From Anaeramoeba ignava BMAN (taxonomy: Eukaryota; Protista; Anaeramoebae): DNA of 64,000 bases. The translations under genes and the position numbers were made by a program. Location: assembly GCA_028826165.1 (NCBI GenBank), contig JAPDFW010000070.1, forward strand, positions 1,364,001-1,428,000, in the 5' to 3' direction. The notes under the pieces are model-generated. The model saw only the letters and a list, made by a program, of their open reading frames with translations, did not search any database and was not told the DNA's origin. Below are positions 40,624-53,207 of this stretch, piece after piece. How positions within the stretch are numbered: the first letter of the stretch is position 1; each line of letters begins with the position of its first letter.

Positions 40624-41021
40624 TTCAAATTCAAATTCAATTTATCTTTAATTCAATTTTTTAATCCAATTTTTTAATCCAAATATTTCGATTTCAATTT
40701 ATTTTCTTTTTTGATTTTTTAATCCAATTTTTTAATCCAAATTTTTAATCCAATTTTTTGATTTTTGGATTAAATCATTTTCAAATCAAATTTTATTTTT
40801 TGAAATTTAATTGATCATTTTCTTTATTTCTATTATTTTTTTTAAAAAAAACCCCTTTTTAAAAATAAAAAAATTGATCTTTTTATAATTAATTTTATTT
40901 TAATTTTATTTAAATTTTTCAAATTAAAAATTTTAAAAGAAAAAAAATATTTTTTTTTTAGAATGAAAATCATTTTTTTTTCTACTTTTATTTTGATTTT
41001 AAAATTTAAAAAAGAAATTTA

Positions 41022-44000
41022 ATGTTAAGTGCTATTATTCCTAAAATCCCACTTAAACCACAACAATTCTTTCCACCTTTAATTCAAACAACAATTAGAT
41101 TTCATGGTAATCATGGACATAATGATGATGAAGATTCTTATGAAAAATATCAAAAAAGACTTGATCGGTATTATATTTTTATCTAAAAAATTCATTATTT
41201 GAAAGTCATTAATATCAATATCAATATCAATATAAATATCAATATAAATATCAATATCAATATCAATATCAATATCAATATCAATATCAATATCAATATC
41301 AATATCAATATCAATATCAATATCAATATCAATATCAATATCAATATCAATATCAATATCAATATCAATATAAATATAAATATAAATATAAATATAAATA
41401 TCAATATAAATATAAATATAAATATAAATATAAATATAAATATAAATAAAAATATAAATATAAAGATAAATAAAAATATAAATATAAATATAAATATAAA
41501 TATAAATATAAATATAAATATAAATATAAATATAAATATAAATATAAATATAAATATAAATATCAATATCAATATCAATATAAATATCAATATCAATATC
41601 AATATCAATATAAATATCAATATCAATATAAATATCAATATAAATATCATTATAAATATCAATATAAATATCAATATAAATATCAAAATCAATTTATAAA
41701 TCTAAATCAAAATATAAATATAAATATAAATATCAATATAAATATCAATATAAATATCAATATAAATATCAATATAAATCCAAATATAAATATTATAAAT
41801 ATAAATATAAATATAAATATAAATATAAATATAAATATAAATATCAATTAAATATAAATATAACCAAATATAAATATTATAAATATAAATATAAATAATA
41901 TAAATTCAAATATAAATATAAATATAAATATAAATATAAATATTAATATAAATATAAATATAAATATAAATATAAATATAAATATTAATATAAATTCAAA
42001 TATAAATATAAATATCAATATCAATATAAATATCAATTTAAATATCAATATCAATATCAATATAAATCCAAATATAAATATTATAAATCTAAACATAAAT
42101 ATAAATATAAATATAAATCTAAATATAAATATAAATATAAATATAAATATAAATATCAATATCAATATAAATATAAATATCAATATCAATATAAATATAA
42201 ATATCAAAATCAATTTATAAATCTAAATCCAAAATCATTAGAACTTTAACTGGAGCACCAGCATCAGAAACACTTATGAAAATTCTCCGAATAATTACAA
42301 CACCAAAAGAAGCCAGATTAGCATCACGACTTCCAACAGTTCCAACACCATTAAGCAAATTATCAAAAGAATTAAAGATGCCAATTAAAGAATTAGATGA
42401 ACAAATAAGTGTTTTAGCATATAAAGGATTAGTATTTGATATGGTTGTAAATAAAGAAAGATATTTTTCACTTGTTCCAATCGTTGTTGGCTTTTTTGAG
42501 TTTATTATGATGAGAGCAAAAAATCCTTATGATCTTCCTATTGTTGAAGTTTCTAAACTTTTTGATAATTATATGTTTGAAAATAACAAATTTGCTAATT
42601 CCGTTTTTCATGCTGGTGATACTCAAATTGGTAGAACTTTTATTCATGAAGAAACTCTTCCTCATGATTCTGATGCAAAAATTTATGATTATGAAAAAGC
42701 TACTGAAATTATTAAAACTGCTACAAGAATTAGTTTATCTCTTTGCTCGTAATTTATTTTTTATTTTTTATTTTTTCTTTTTTATTTTTTCTTTTTTTTC
42801 TTTTTATTTTTTATTTTTTATCCGATTTTCAAAAATTTTTTTTCCGATTTTTTTTAATTTGATAATTTAATAATTTTTTAATTTTTTTTAGTTGTCGAAG
42901 AAAATCAAAAAATGCAGGTCATCCTTGTAAAAAAGATGCACCATTAGAAACATGTAAAAATATTTTTATTCAATAAATTCAAATCAAATCAAAATTAAAT
43001 CAAATTAAATCAATTTATTTCAAATCAATTTATTTCAAATTAAATTAATTTAAATCAATTTAAATCAAAATCAAAATTAATTCAAATTAAATCAATTTAA
43101 TTTCAAAATTTATTCCAAAATTTATTTCAAATTAAATTAAATCAAATTAAATCAAATCAAAATTTATTTCAATCAAATTTAATTTAAATCAAATCAAATT
43201 AAATCAAATTAAAATTATTTCAATTTAGGTTTAATTTTTATCAAATCAAATTAAATAAAATTATTGGTTTGTTTTTTTATTATTCAATTTTAACTTTTGA
43301 ATTTTTAATTTTGTTTTTAATTTCAATTAGAAATTTCAATTTTTGATTCAATTTAATTTCATTTTACTTTTTGAAAAAAGAATATATATTAAGGCATGAT
43401 TTTGGCAAAAGAGATTACTAAAAAAAGGACTTGAAATTTCTTAAACAAGATTAAAAAAAATATGGATTAGTTCAAATTGTAAATTAGAAAGAAATATAAA
43501 TTTTAAATTTTAAATTTTAAATTTTAAAATATTTTTCATTTTTATATTCCAAAAATTAGGGGAATAATTGGTAAAATTTTTCTTTAAAAAGATTTTCTTT
43601 ATTAAATAAACAATTTTTAAATTAATAAAAATAATAGGATAATAGGATGTATGAACCAATGTATCTTATGTGCAATTGTAAATTTTCCATTTTTACTTTT
43701 AAAAAATCAATTAAAATATCAATTCCAAAAAAATCAATTTAAATATAAATTAAAATATCAATTTAAAATAATTCAAAAATCAATTTAAATATAAATTCAA
43801 ATATAAATTTAAATATCAAATTAAAAATCAATTTAAATATAAATTCAAATATCAATTTAAAAATCAATTCAAATATAAATTTAAATATAAATTTAAATAT
43901 AAATTTAAAAATCAATTCAAATATAAATTTAAATATCAAATTAAAAAATCAAATTAAATATCAATTTAAATATCAATTTAAATATCAAATTCAAAATCAA

Positions 44001-44601
44001 ATTAAATATCAAATTAAATATCAATTCAAATATAAATTCAAAAATCAATTTAAAATCAATTTAAAATGAATTAAAAGGTTGTGGATGTTGTTGTGGAATG
44101 CTTCAAGCTTTAAAAACATTTAACCTTCCACATGCAGTAGTCACATCTAATTATATTATGCAAGTTGATACAGAAAAATGTATTGGATGTGGAAGATGTG
44201 CAAAAGAATGTCCGATTGATGCAATTGAAATTAAAAAAGATTCAAATGGAAAGAAAAAAGCAATTCGAAGTGATATTTGTTTAGGATGTGGAGTATGTGT
44301 TAGTAAATGTAAATTTGGAGCTTTATCAATGAAATTACGTAAAGAAAGAGTTTATACTCCTGAAACAGCTTTTGAAAAATATATTGCAATGGCTTTAGAA
44401 AGAGGAAAAATTGCTAATCTTCTTTTTGAATATCCTGAAAAGTTTTCGCATCGTGCTTTGGGTAGAATTATTTCAATGATGGAAAAATTACCTCCTTTAA
44501 CTATTATTAAAAATAATAAAAAATTAAAATCAAGATTTATTGCTAAAATGGCTGAATTAGCTACAAAAAAAGATTCAAGAAATGAACCAAAGAAAAAATA
44601 A
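41022..44601 (+). CDS. Fe-S protein copy 2; middle exons (43.2-43.7 kb) are damaged, so either a pseudogene or a mis-assembled consensus
   Basis: Exons 1-3 and the last exon are intact and near-identical to copy 3. The 24-nt exon is missing, exon 5 is frameshifted and the micro-exon donor is lost. Confidence 0.75.
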
Positions 44602-45003
44602 TTCAATAATTTTTAAATATATTTGGAATCTATTTTTAAATATATTTGGAATCTATTTCCAAAATATTTTGATTTCAATTTATTTTCTTTTTTGATTTTT
44701 TAATCCAATTATTTAATCCAAATTTTTAATCCAAATTTTTGATTTTTGGATTAAATCATTTTCAAATCAAATTTTATTTTTTGAAATTTAATTGATCATT
44801 TTCTTTATTTCTATTATTTTTTTTAAAAAAAACCCCTTTTTTAAAAATAAAAAAATTGATCTTTTTATAATTAATTTTATTTTAATTTTATTTAAATTTT
44901 TCAAATTAAAAATTTTAAAAGAAAAAAAATATTTTTTTTTTAGAATGAAAATCATTTTTTTTTCTACTTTTATTTTGATTTTAAAATTTAAAAAAGAAAT
45001 TTA

Positions 45004-48000
45004 ATGTTAAGTGCTATTATTCCTAAAATCCCACTTAAACCACAACAATTCTTTCCACCTTTAATTCAAACAACAATTAGATTTCATGGTAATCATGGAC
45101 ATAATGATGATGAAGATTCTTATGAAAAATATCAAAAAAGACTTGATCGGTATTATATTTTTATCTAAAAAATTCATTATTTGAAAGTCATTAATATCAA
45201 TATCAATATAAATATAAATATAAATCTAAATATTAATATCAATATAAATATAAATATAAATATAAATATCAATATAAATATCAATATAAATATCAATATC
45301 AATATCAATATCAATATCAATATAAATATAAATATAAATATAAATATAAATATAAATATAAATATAAAATAAATATAAATATAAATATAAATATAAATAT
45401 AAATATAAATATAAATATAAATATAAAATATAATTTAAATATAAATATAAATATCAATATCAATATCAATATAAATATCAATATCAATATCAATATCAAT
45501 ATCAATATCAATATCAATATCAATATAAATATAAATATAAATATAAATATAAAAATATAAATATAAATATAAATATAAATATAAATATCAATATAAATAT
45601 AAATATAAATATAAATATAAATATAAATATAAATATAAATATAAATATAAATATCAATATAAATATCAATATCAATATCAATATCAATATTAATATTAAT
45701 ATAAATATAAATATAAATACAAATATCAATATAAATATAAATATAAATATAAATATAAATATAAATATCAATATAAATATAAATATAAATATCAATATCA
45801 AAAATATAAATATAAATATAAATATCAATATCAATATCAATATAAATATAAATATAAATATAAATATCAATATCAATATCAATATAAATATCAAAATCAA
45901 ATTCAATATCAAAATCAAAATGAATAGAAGTTTAACTGGAGCACCAGCATCAGAAACACTTATGAAAATTCTCCGAATAATTACAACACCAAAAGAAGCC
46001 AGATTAGCATCACGACTTCCAACAGTTCCAACACCATTAAGCAAATTATCAAAAGAATTAAAGATGCCAATTAAAGAATTAGATGAACAAATTAGTGTTT
46101 TAGCAGATAAAGGATTAGTATTTGATATGGTTGTAAATAAAGAAAGATATTTTTCACTTGTTCCAATTGTTCTTGGCTTTTTTGAGTTTATTATGATGAG
46201 AGCAAAAAATCCTTATGATCTTCCTATTGTTGAACTTTCTAAACTTTTTGATACTTATATGTATGAAAATAACAAATTTGCTAATTCCGTTTTTCATGCT
46301 GGTGATACTCAAATTGGTAGAGCTTTGGTTCAAGAAGAAACTCTTCCTCATGATTCTGATGCAAAAATTTATGATTATGAAAAAGCTACTGAAATTATTA
46401 AAACTGCTACAAGAATTAGTTTATCTCTTTGCTCGTAATTTATTTTTTATTTTTTATTTTTTATCCGATTTTCAAAAATTTTTTTTCCGATTTTTTTTAA
46501 TTTGATAATTTAATAATTTTTTAATTTTTTTTAGTTGTCGAAGAAAATCAAAAAATGCAGGTCATCCTTGTAAAAAAGATGCACCATTAGAAACATGTAA
46601 ATATTTCATTCATATTTATTTCAATTAATTTATTACAATCAATTTATTCCAATTAATTTATTTCAATTAATTTATTTCAATCAATTTATTTCAATCAATT
46701 TATTTCAATTAATTTATTTCAATTAATTTATTTCAATTAATTTATTTCAATCAATTTATTTCAATCAATTTATTTCAATTAATTTATTTCAATCAATTTA
46801 TTTCAATTAAATTTATTTCAAATTCAAATTTATTTCAAATTTATTTCAAATTTATTTCAAATTTATTTCAATTAATTTATTTCAATTAATTTATCCCAAT
46901 CAATTTATTTCAATTAATTATTTCAATTAATAATTTATTCCAATTAATTTATTTCTAAATTAATTTATTTCAAATTATTTCAAATTAAATTTATTTCAAT
47001 CAATTTATTTCAATTAATTTATTCCAATCAATTTATTTCAATTAATTTATTCCAATCAATTTATTTCAATTAATTTATTCCAATTAATTTATTAATCAAA
47101 TTTTTTAATTTATTTCAATTAATTTAAGAAAATTTATTACAATTAATTTATTTCAATTAATTTATTTCAATTAATTTATTTCAATTAATTTATTTCAATT
47201 AATTTATTCCAATTAATTTATTTCAATTAATTTATTTCAATCAATTTATTTCAATTAATTTATCCCAATCAATTTATTTCAATTAATTTATTTCAATTAA
47301 TTTATTTCAATCAATTTATTCCAATTAATTTATTACAATTAATTTAATTTTTTATTAGGTTTAACTTTTAATGGAGCTGCTGGTTTGTTTTTTTAATTCT
47401 TATTCAATTTTAATTTCAATTTTAATTTCAATTTCAATTTCAATTTCAATTTCAATTTCAATTTCAATTTCAATTTTAATTTTAATTCAATTTTAATTTT
47501 AATTTCCAAAAAGAATATTTAATAAGACATGACATTGCAGAAGAGATTAGTAAAGAAAAAGCACTTGAAATTCTTGCAGATTCCAAAAAACGAGGATTAG
47601 TTCAAATTGTAAATTAGAAAGAAATATAAATTTTAAATTTTAAATTTTAAAATATTTTTTCATTTTTATATTCTTGTTTTAGGGAGTAATAATTGAATAA
47701 AATAACTTTTAAAAAAAAAAGATTTACATAAATAAATAAACAATTAATAAATTAATAATAATAATAATAGGATGATGTTCAAAAAGATGTATCTTATATG
47801 TGCAATTGTAAATTTTCCATTTTTTACTTTAAAAATCAATTCAAAAATCAATTTAAATATCAATTCAAATATCAATTTATATATCAATTTAAATATAAAT
47901 TTAAATATAAATTTAAAAATCAATTCATATATCAATCCAAATATCAATTTAAATATCAATTTAAATATAAATTTAAATATAAATTTAAATATCAATTCAA

Positions 48001-49012
48001 ATATCAATTCAAAAATCAATTCAAATATCAATTCAAATATCAATTTATATATCAATTTAAAATATCAATTTAAATATAAATTTAAATATAAATTTAAATA
48101 TAAATTTAAAAATCAATTTAAATATCAATTCAAATATCAATTCAAATATCAATTCAAATATCAATTTAAATATCAATTTAAAAATCAATTTAAATATCAA
48201 TTCAAATATCAATCCAAATATCAATCCAAATATAAATTCAAATATCAATTCAAATATAAATTCAAAAATCAATTCAAATATCAATTTAAATATCAATTTA
48301 TATATCAATTCAAATATCAATTCAAATATAAATTTAAATATCAATTCAAAAATCAATTTAAAAATCAATTCAAAAATCAATTTAAATATCAATTTAAATA
48401 TAAATTTAAATATCAATTAAAAATCAATTTAAATATCAATAAATTTAAAAATCAATTTAAAGCCAAAAATCAATTCAAATATCAATCCAAACTCAATTTA
48501 AAAATCAATTTAAAATCAATTTAAAACATCAAAATCAATTTAAAATGAATTAAAAGGTTGTGGATGTTGTTGTGGAATGCTTCAAGCTAAAGATACAACC
48601 TTCCACATGCAGTAGTCACATCCAATTATATTAAAGTTGATACGAAAATGTATTGAATGGAAAGAAAAAAGCAGTTCGAAGTGATATTTGTTTAGGATGT
48701 GGAGTATGTGTTAGTAAATGTAAATTTGGAGCTTTATCAATGATACCACGTAAAGAAAGAGTTTATACTCCTGAAACAGCTTTTGAAAAATATATTGCAA
48801 TGGCTTTAGAAAGAGGAAAAATTGCTAATCTTCTTTTTGAATATCCTGAAAAGTTTTCACATCGTGCTTTGGGTAGAATTATTTCAATGATGGAAAAATT
48901 ACCTCCTTTAACTATTATTAAAAATAATAAAAAATTAAAATCAAGATTTGTTTCTAAAATGGCTGAATTAGCTACAAAAAAAGATTCAAGAAATGAACCA
49001 AAGAAAAAATAA
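45004..49012 (+). CDS. Fe-S protein copy 3; the last exon has small indels and a deletion removing the first CxxCxxCxxxCP motif
   Basis: Exons 1-7 are intact, including the GGA micro-exon at 47683-47685. At about 48655, TGTATTG joins directly to AATGGAAAG, unlike copies 1 and 2. Confidence 0.75.
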
Positions 49013-49029
49013 TTCAATAATTTTTAAAT

Positions 49030-50870
49030 AAATCAAATTCAAAATCAAAATCAAAATTAAAATCAAATTCAAAATATAAATCAAAATCAAAATATAAATC
49101 AAATTCAAAATATAAATCAAATATAAATCAATATCAAAATATAAATCAAATTCCATATCAAAATATAAATCAAATTCAAAATATAAATCAATATCAAAAT
49201 ATAAATCAAATTCCATATCAAAATCAATATCAAAATCAAAATTAAAAATCAAATTCAAAATATAAATCAAAATCAAATTCAAAATCAAATTCAAAATATA
49301 AATCAAAATATAAATCAATTTCAAATTCAATTTCAAATTCAATTTCAAATTCAATTCAAAATAAAAATCAAAATCAATATATAAATCAAATTCAAAATAT
49401 AAATCAATATCAAAATCAAATTCAAATTCAAAATATAAATTCAAAATATAAATCAAAATCAAATTCAAAATATAAATCAAAATATAAATCAAAATTAAAA
49501 ATCAATATATAAATCAAATATAAATCAAATTCAAAATATAAATCTAAACCAAATTCAATATCAAAATCAAAATATAAATCAAAATATAAATCAAAATACA
49601 AATCAAAATACAAATCAAAATATAAACCAAAATCAAAATATAAATCAAAATATAAATCAAATTAAAAATATAAATATAAATCAAAATCAAAATCAAAATC
49701 AAAATATAAATCAAATTCAAATTCAAATTAATATCAAAATATAAATCAAAATCAAAATTAAAATCAAATTCAAATCAAATTAATATCAAAATCAATATCA
49801 AATTCAATATCAAATTCAAAATATAAATCAATATCAAATTCAAAATATAAATCAAAATATAAATCAAATTCAAAATCAAATTCAATACCAAAATATAAAT
49901 CAAAATATAAATCAAATTCAAAATATAAATCTAAACCAAATTCAAAATATAAATCAAATTCAAAATCAAAATCAAAATATAAATCAAATTCAAATTCAAA
50001 TTCAAAATCTAAATATAATTCAAAATCAATATCAAATTCAATTTCAAATTCAAATCCAAAATATAAATCAAAATATAAATCAAATTCAAAATATAAATTT
50101 AAACCAAATTCAAAATATAAATCAAATTCAAAATCAAAATCAAAATATAAATCAAAATCAAAATCAAAAATAAAAATCAAAATCAAATTAAAAATCAAAT
50201 TCAAATTCAAATTATAAATCAAAATCAATATCAATATCTAAATATAAATATAATTCAAAATCAATTTCAAATTCAAAATCAAATATAAATCAAATTCAAA
50301 ATCAAATTCAAAATCAAATATAAATCAAAATATAAATCAATTCCAAATTCAATTTCAAATTCAAAATCAAATTCAAATTCAAAATATAAATCAAATTCAA
50401 AATCTAAATTAAAATCTAAATTAAATTAAAATTCAATATCAAAATATAAATTAAATCCAAAATATAAATCAAATTCAAAATATAAATCAATATCTAAATA
50501 TAAATCAAAATCAAAATCAAAATCCAAATCAAATTAAAAATCAAAATATAAATTAAATTCAAAATCAAAATTAAAATTAATATCTAAATTAAATCAAAAT
50601 CAAAATCAATATCTAAATTAAATCAAAATCAAAATCAAAATATAAATCAAAATATAAATCAAAATAAAAATCAAAATCAAATTCAATATCAAATTAAAAA
50701 TCAAAATAAAAATCAAAATCAAAATATAAATCAAAATCAAAATCAAAATCAAAATATAAATCAAATTCAAATTCAAAATTAAATTATAAATTAAAAATAT
50801 AAATATAAATCAAAATCAAATTCAAAATACAAATTCAAAATATAAATCAAATTCAAAATCAAAATTAAAT
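49030..50870. repeat. ~1.85-kb intergenic degenerate satellite (AAAATC/AAATTC/AAAATATAAATC), G-free on the + strand
   Basis: Seen directly; no splice sites and no credible coding frame. Confidence 0.9.
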
Positions 50871-50953
50871 AAAAAAGAAATTTTAATTTTTTTTAATTTT
50901 AATTTTTTTTAATTTTTTATTTTAAATAGAAATATTTTTTGAAAATTTTTTTT

Positions 50954-51033
50954 GAGGTTTTTAAAAAAATTTAAAAAAATGGCACGTTCATTCTAGTTGA
51001 AATCGGAGCAAGTTCAAAACTTGCAAAACCTCA
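50954..51033 (+). ncRNA. tRNA-like element 1 (acceptor-like stem plus T-arm, degenerate D region)
   Basis: GAGGTTTT/AAAACCTC terminal stem; GCAAG-TTCAAAA-CTTGC arm resembling a B-box; internal hairpin TTCA-TTCTAGT-TGAA; downstream T-run. Confidence 0.5.
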
Positions 51034-51115
51034 TTATTTTTTTTATTTAAAATTTAATTAAAAATAATTTTTTAATTTTTATTTTAAATAGAAATATTTT
51101 TTGAAAATTTTTTTT

Positions 51116-51190
51116 GAGGTTTTGGAAAAAAGGATTAAAAGCATGTTTAAGAATATGAATGGTACAAGTTCATAACTTGTAGAAACCTCA
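51116..51190 (+). ncRNA. tRNA-like element 2
   Basis: GAGGTTTT/GAAACCTC stem; A-box-like TGGAAAAAAGG starting at position 8; hairpin CATGT-TTAAGA-ATATG; arm TACAAG-TTCATAA-CTTGTA. Confidence 0.5.
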
Positions 51191-51218
51191 TTATTTTAAA
51201 TTATTTTTTTTTTTTTTT

Positions 51219-51267
51219 GATTTAAAAAAGAAAAAAAATTAAATAAGTTCTAAACTTATAAACCTCA
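51219..51267 (+). pseudogene. Truncated tRNA-like element 3
   Basis: ATAAG-TTCTAAA-CTTAT arm and AAACCTCATTATTTT are retained; the 5' half is degenerate. Confidence 0.4.
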
Positions 51268-51296
51268 TTATTTTTATTTTTATTTTTGTTTTTTTT

Positions 51297-52807
51297 TTAA
51301 TCCATTAAATCAAAATTTTCATTTAAAAATCTTTTCCCAAAATCACTAATTTGGAAACGCACAAAACAATCATTTTCCATTAATCGACAAATAGATTCTT
51401 GAGCAGAATCAAACATTTGCAAATCAAAATTTTGATTACGAACTCTTTCAGAAATTTTAGCTCTTTCTTTAAAATCAATATTAATCTCTTTTGGTGATCC
51501 AGTTTTCACAAATTGTTGAAAAATTTTCAAAGCATATTCATTCATTCCAATTTTGGATTGTCCAATTTCAATTTTTCGAAAATTTTCCACTTCTTGCCAA
51601 AAGTCAATATTTTCTTCTGAATATTCTGTTTGAAGAAAAGAACGGAAATAAATAGTTGAATTTTTCACAAATAAAAATTCAGAAAAATTCGAAAAATATT
51701 TCTCTTTTAATCTTGAATATTCTTCTTCATTCAATTCCTTTTTTTGTGACTTCTTTTGTTTTTGAAGCTTTTTTTGCTTCCTTTTCTGGATAATTCTTGT
51801 AAATTTGCTACTAATTTTATTCTCGTTTTCAATATTTATTTTTTTCTTTTGTTTCATTTGATTTTGATTTTGATTTTGATTTTGATTTTGATTTTGATTT
51901 TGAACACTTTTTCTTTTCTTGTTTTTGTTTTTGTTTTTGTTTTTGTTTTTTTTTTTGCTTTTTTTTGCTTTTTCTTTCAGTTTTTTTTCTTGATTGAAAA
52001 AAGGTTGATTTTGTTCAACAGTTGAAACTTGGCTCAATGATTTTCTTATTGGGAAAATTTTGGATCGAATTAATTGATCATTTTTTTGAGGAGAATTTTG
52101 AGTAATCTATTTTTTTTTAAAAAAAAAGTGGAACAAAGTTTTTTTATGAAAAATTAAAAGAATGAAAAATAAAATTTCTTGTTTTAAGTGAAAAATACTT
52201 TTTTTGGAGAAGGAAACTCTTCATTTTTAATTTTGTTTTGGTTTTCTTTTGAATTTTCTTTTGGGTTTTCTTTTGGGTTTTGATTTTCACTTTTATCATC
52301 ATCATCATCAAGATCATTTTCAAAAACAATAATTTTAACATTATTTTGATTTGTTTCTTTTGGTTTTAATTCTCGAGCCGTTAAACTTCTTTGATGTTGA
52401 TGTAATTTCTGGAATTTAGGTTGATATTGTTGTTGAAATTGATGTTGTTGTCTTAAATGACTAAAATGTTGAGAAATTCGATTTCTTTTTTGATTTAAAA
52501 TTGAAGAAGAAAAAACAAGATCTTGATTCATTAAAAGATTATTTTTTGGATTTGAAATGAAATTTTGATTTTAGATTTGGATTTTGATTTTGATTTGAAA
52601 TTAAAATTTGATTTGATTTTGATTTGGATTTTGATTTTGATTTATATTAATTTTCATTGGTGAAAATGTTCTTTTGAAATCATTTGTAAAAGAATTGCTT
52701 CTTGAATGAAATTTTTGGATCATTTTAGGTTGTTCATTCGAAATTTGTGTTGAATTTTCTGAAATTATATCTCTTGCTACAAATAATCCAAGAGTATAAA
52801 AATCCAT
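51297..52807 (-). CDS. RGS-domain protein (regulator of G-protein signalling) with a long low-complexity N-terminus
   Basis: YFRSFLQTEYSEENIDFWQEVENFR..IFQQFVKTGSPKEINID..MFDSAQESICRLMENDCFVRF. Intron at about 52108-52198. The 5' structure is approximate. Confidence 0.88.
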
Positions 52808-53207
52808 TTTAAAAAAAAAAAATTAATTAATTAAGAAATTAAAAGAAATTAAAAGAAAGAAATTAAAAGAAAGAAAAATGATTTTATTATTTTATTTTAT
52901 TTTATTATTTTTAACAATTTCAACGAATAGGAAAATAAAAAAAAGAAAAAAAATAATTATTAAAGATCGTTAAAAAAAAAAATTAAAAGAGAATTTTTTT
53001 TATCCGATTTTTCTTTTTCTTCTTTATTGTTTTTTTTTTCTTTTTCTTGATTAAAAAAAAAAAAATCCCAACAAGCACAATTTGTTTGTTAAAAAGAATC
53101 AAAGGAAAATTAATTTTCCTTATTAAAAATGAAAAGAAAAAAAAAATGAGAAAATTTCTTTTTTTTTTTTGATTTAAAAATTTAGATTGAAATTAAAAAA
53201 AAAGGAA

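Noticed and set aside
49030-50870. Telomere or transposon-associated repeat
   Set aside because: Degenerate mixed units like the intronic satellites, internal position, and no terminal inverted repeats or transposase.
50919-51275. CRISPR array
   Set aside because: Eukaryotic context, no cas genes, only 2-3 imperfect units, and long AT linkers; reported as tRNA-like ncRNA candidates instead.
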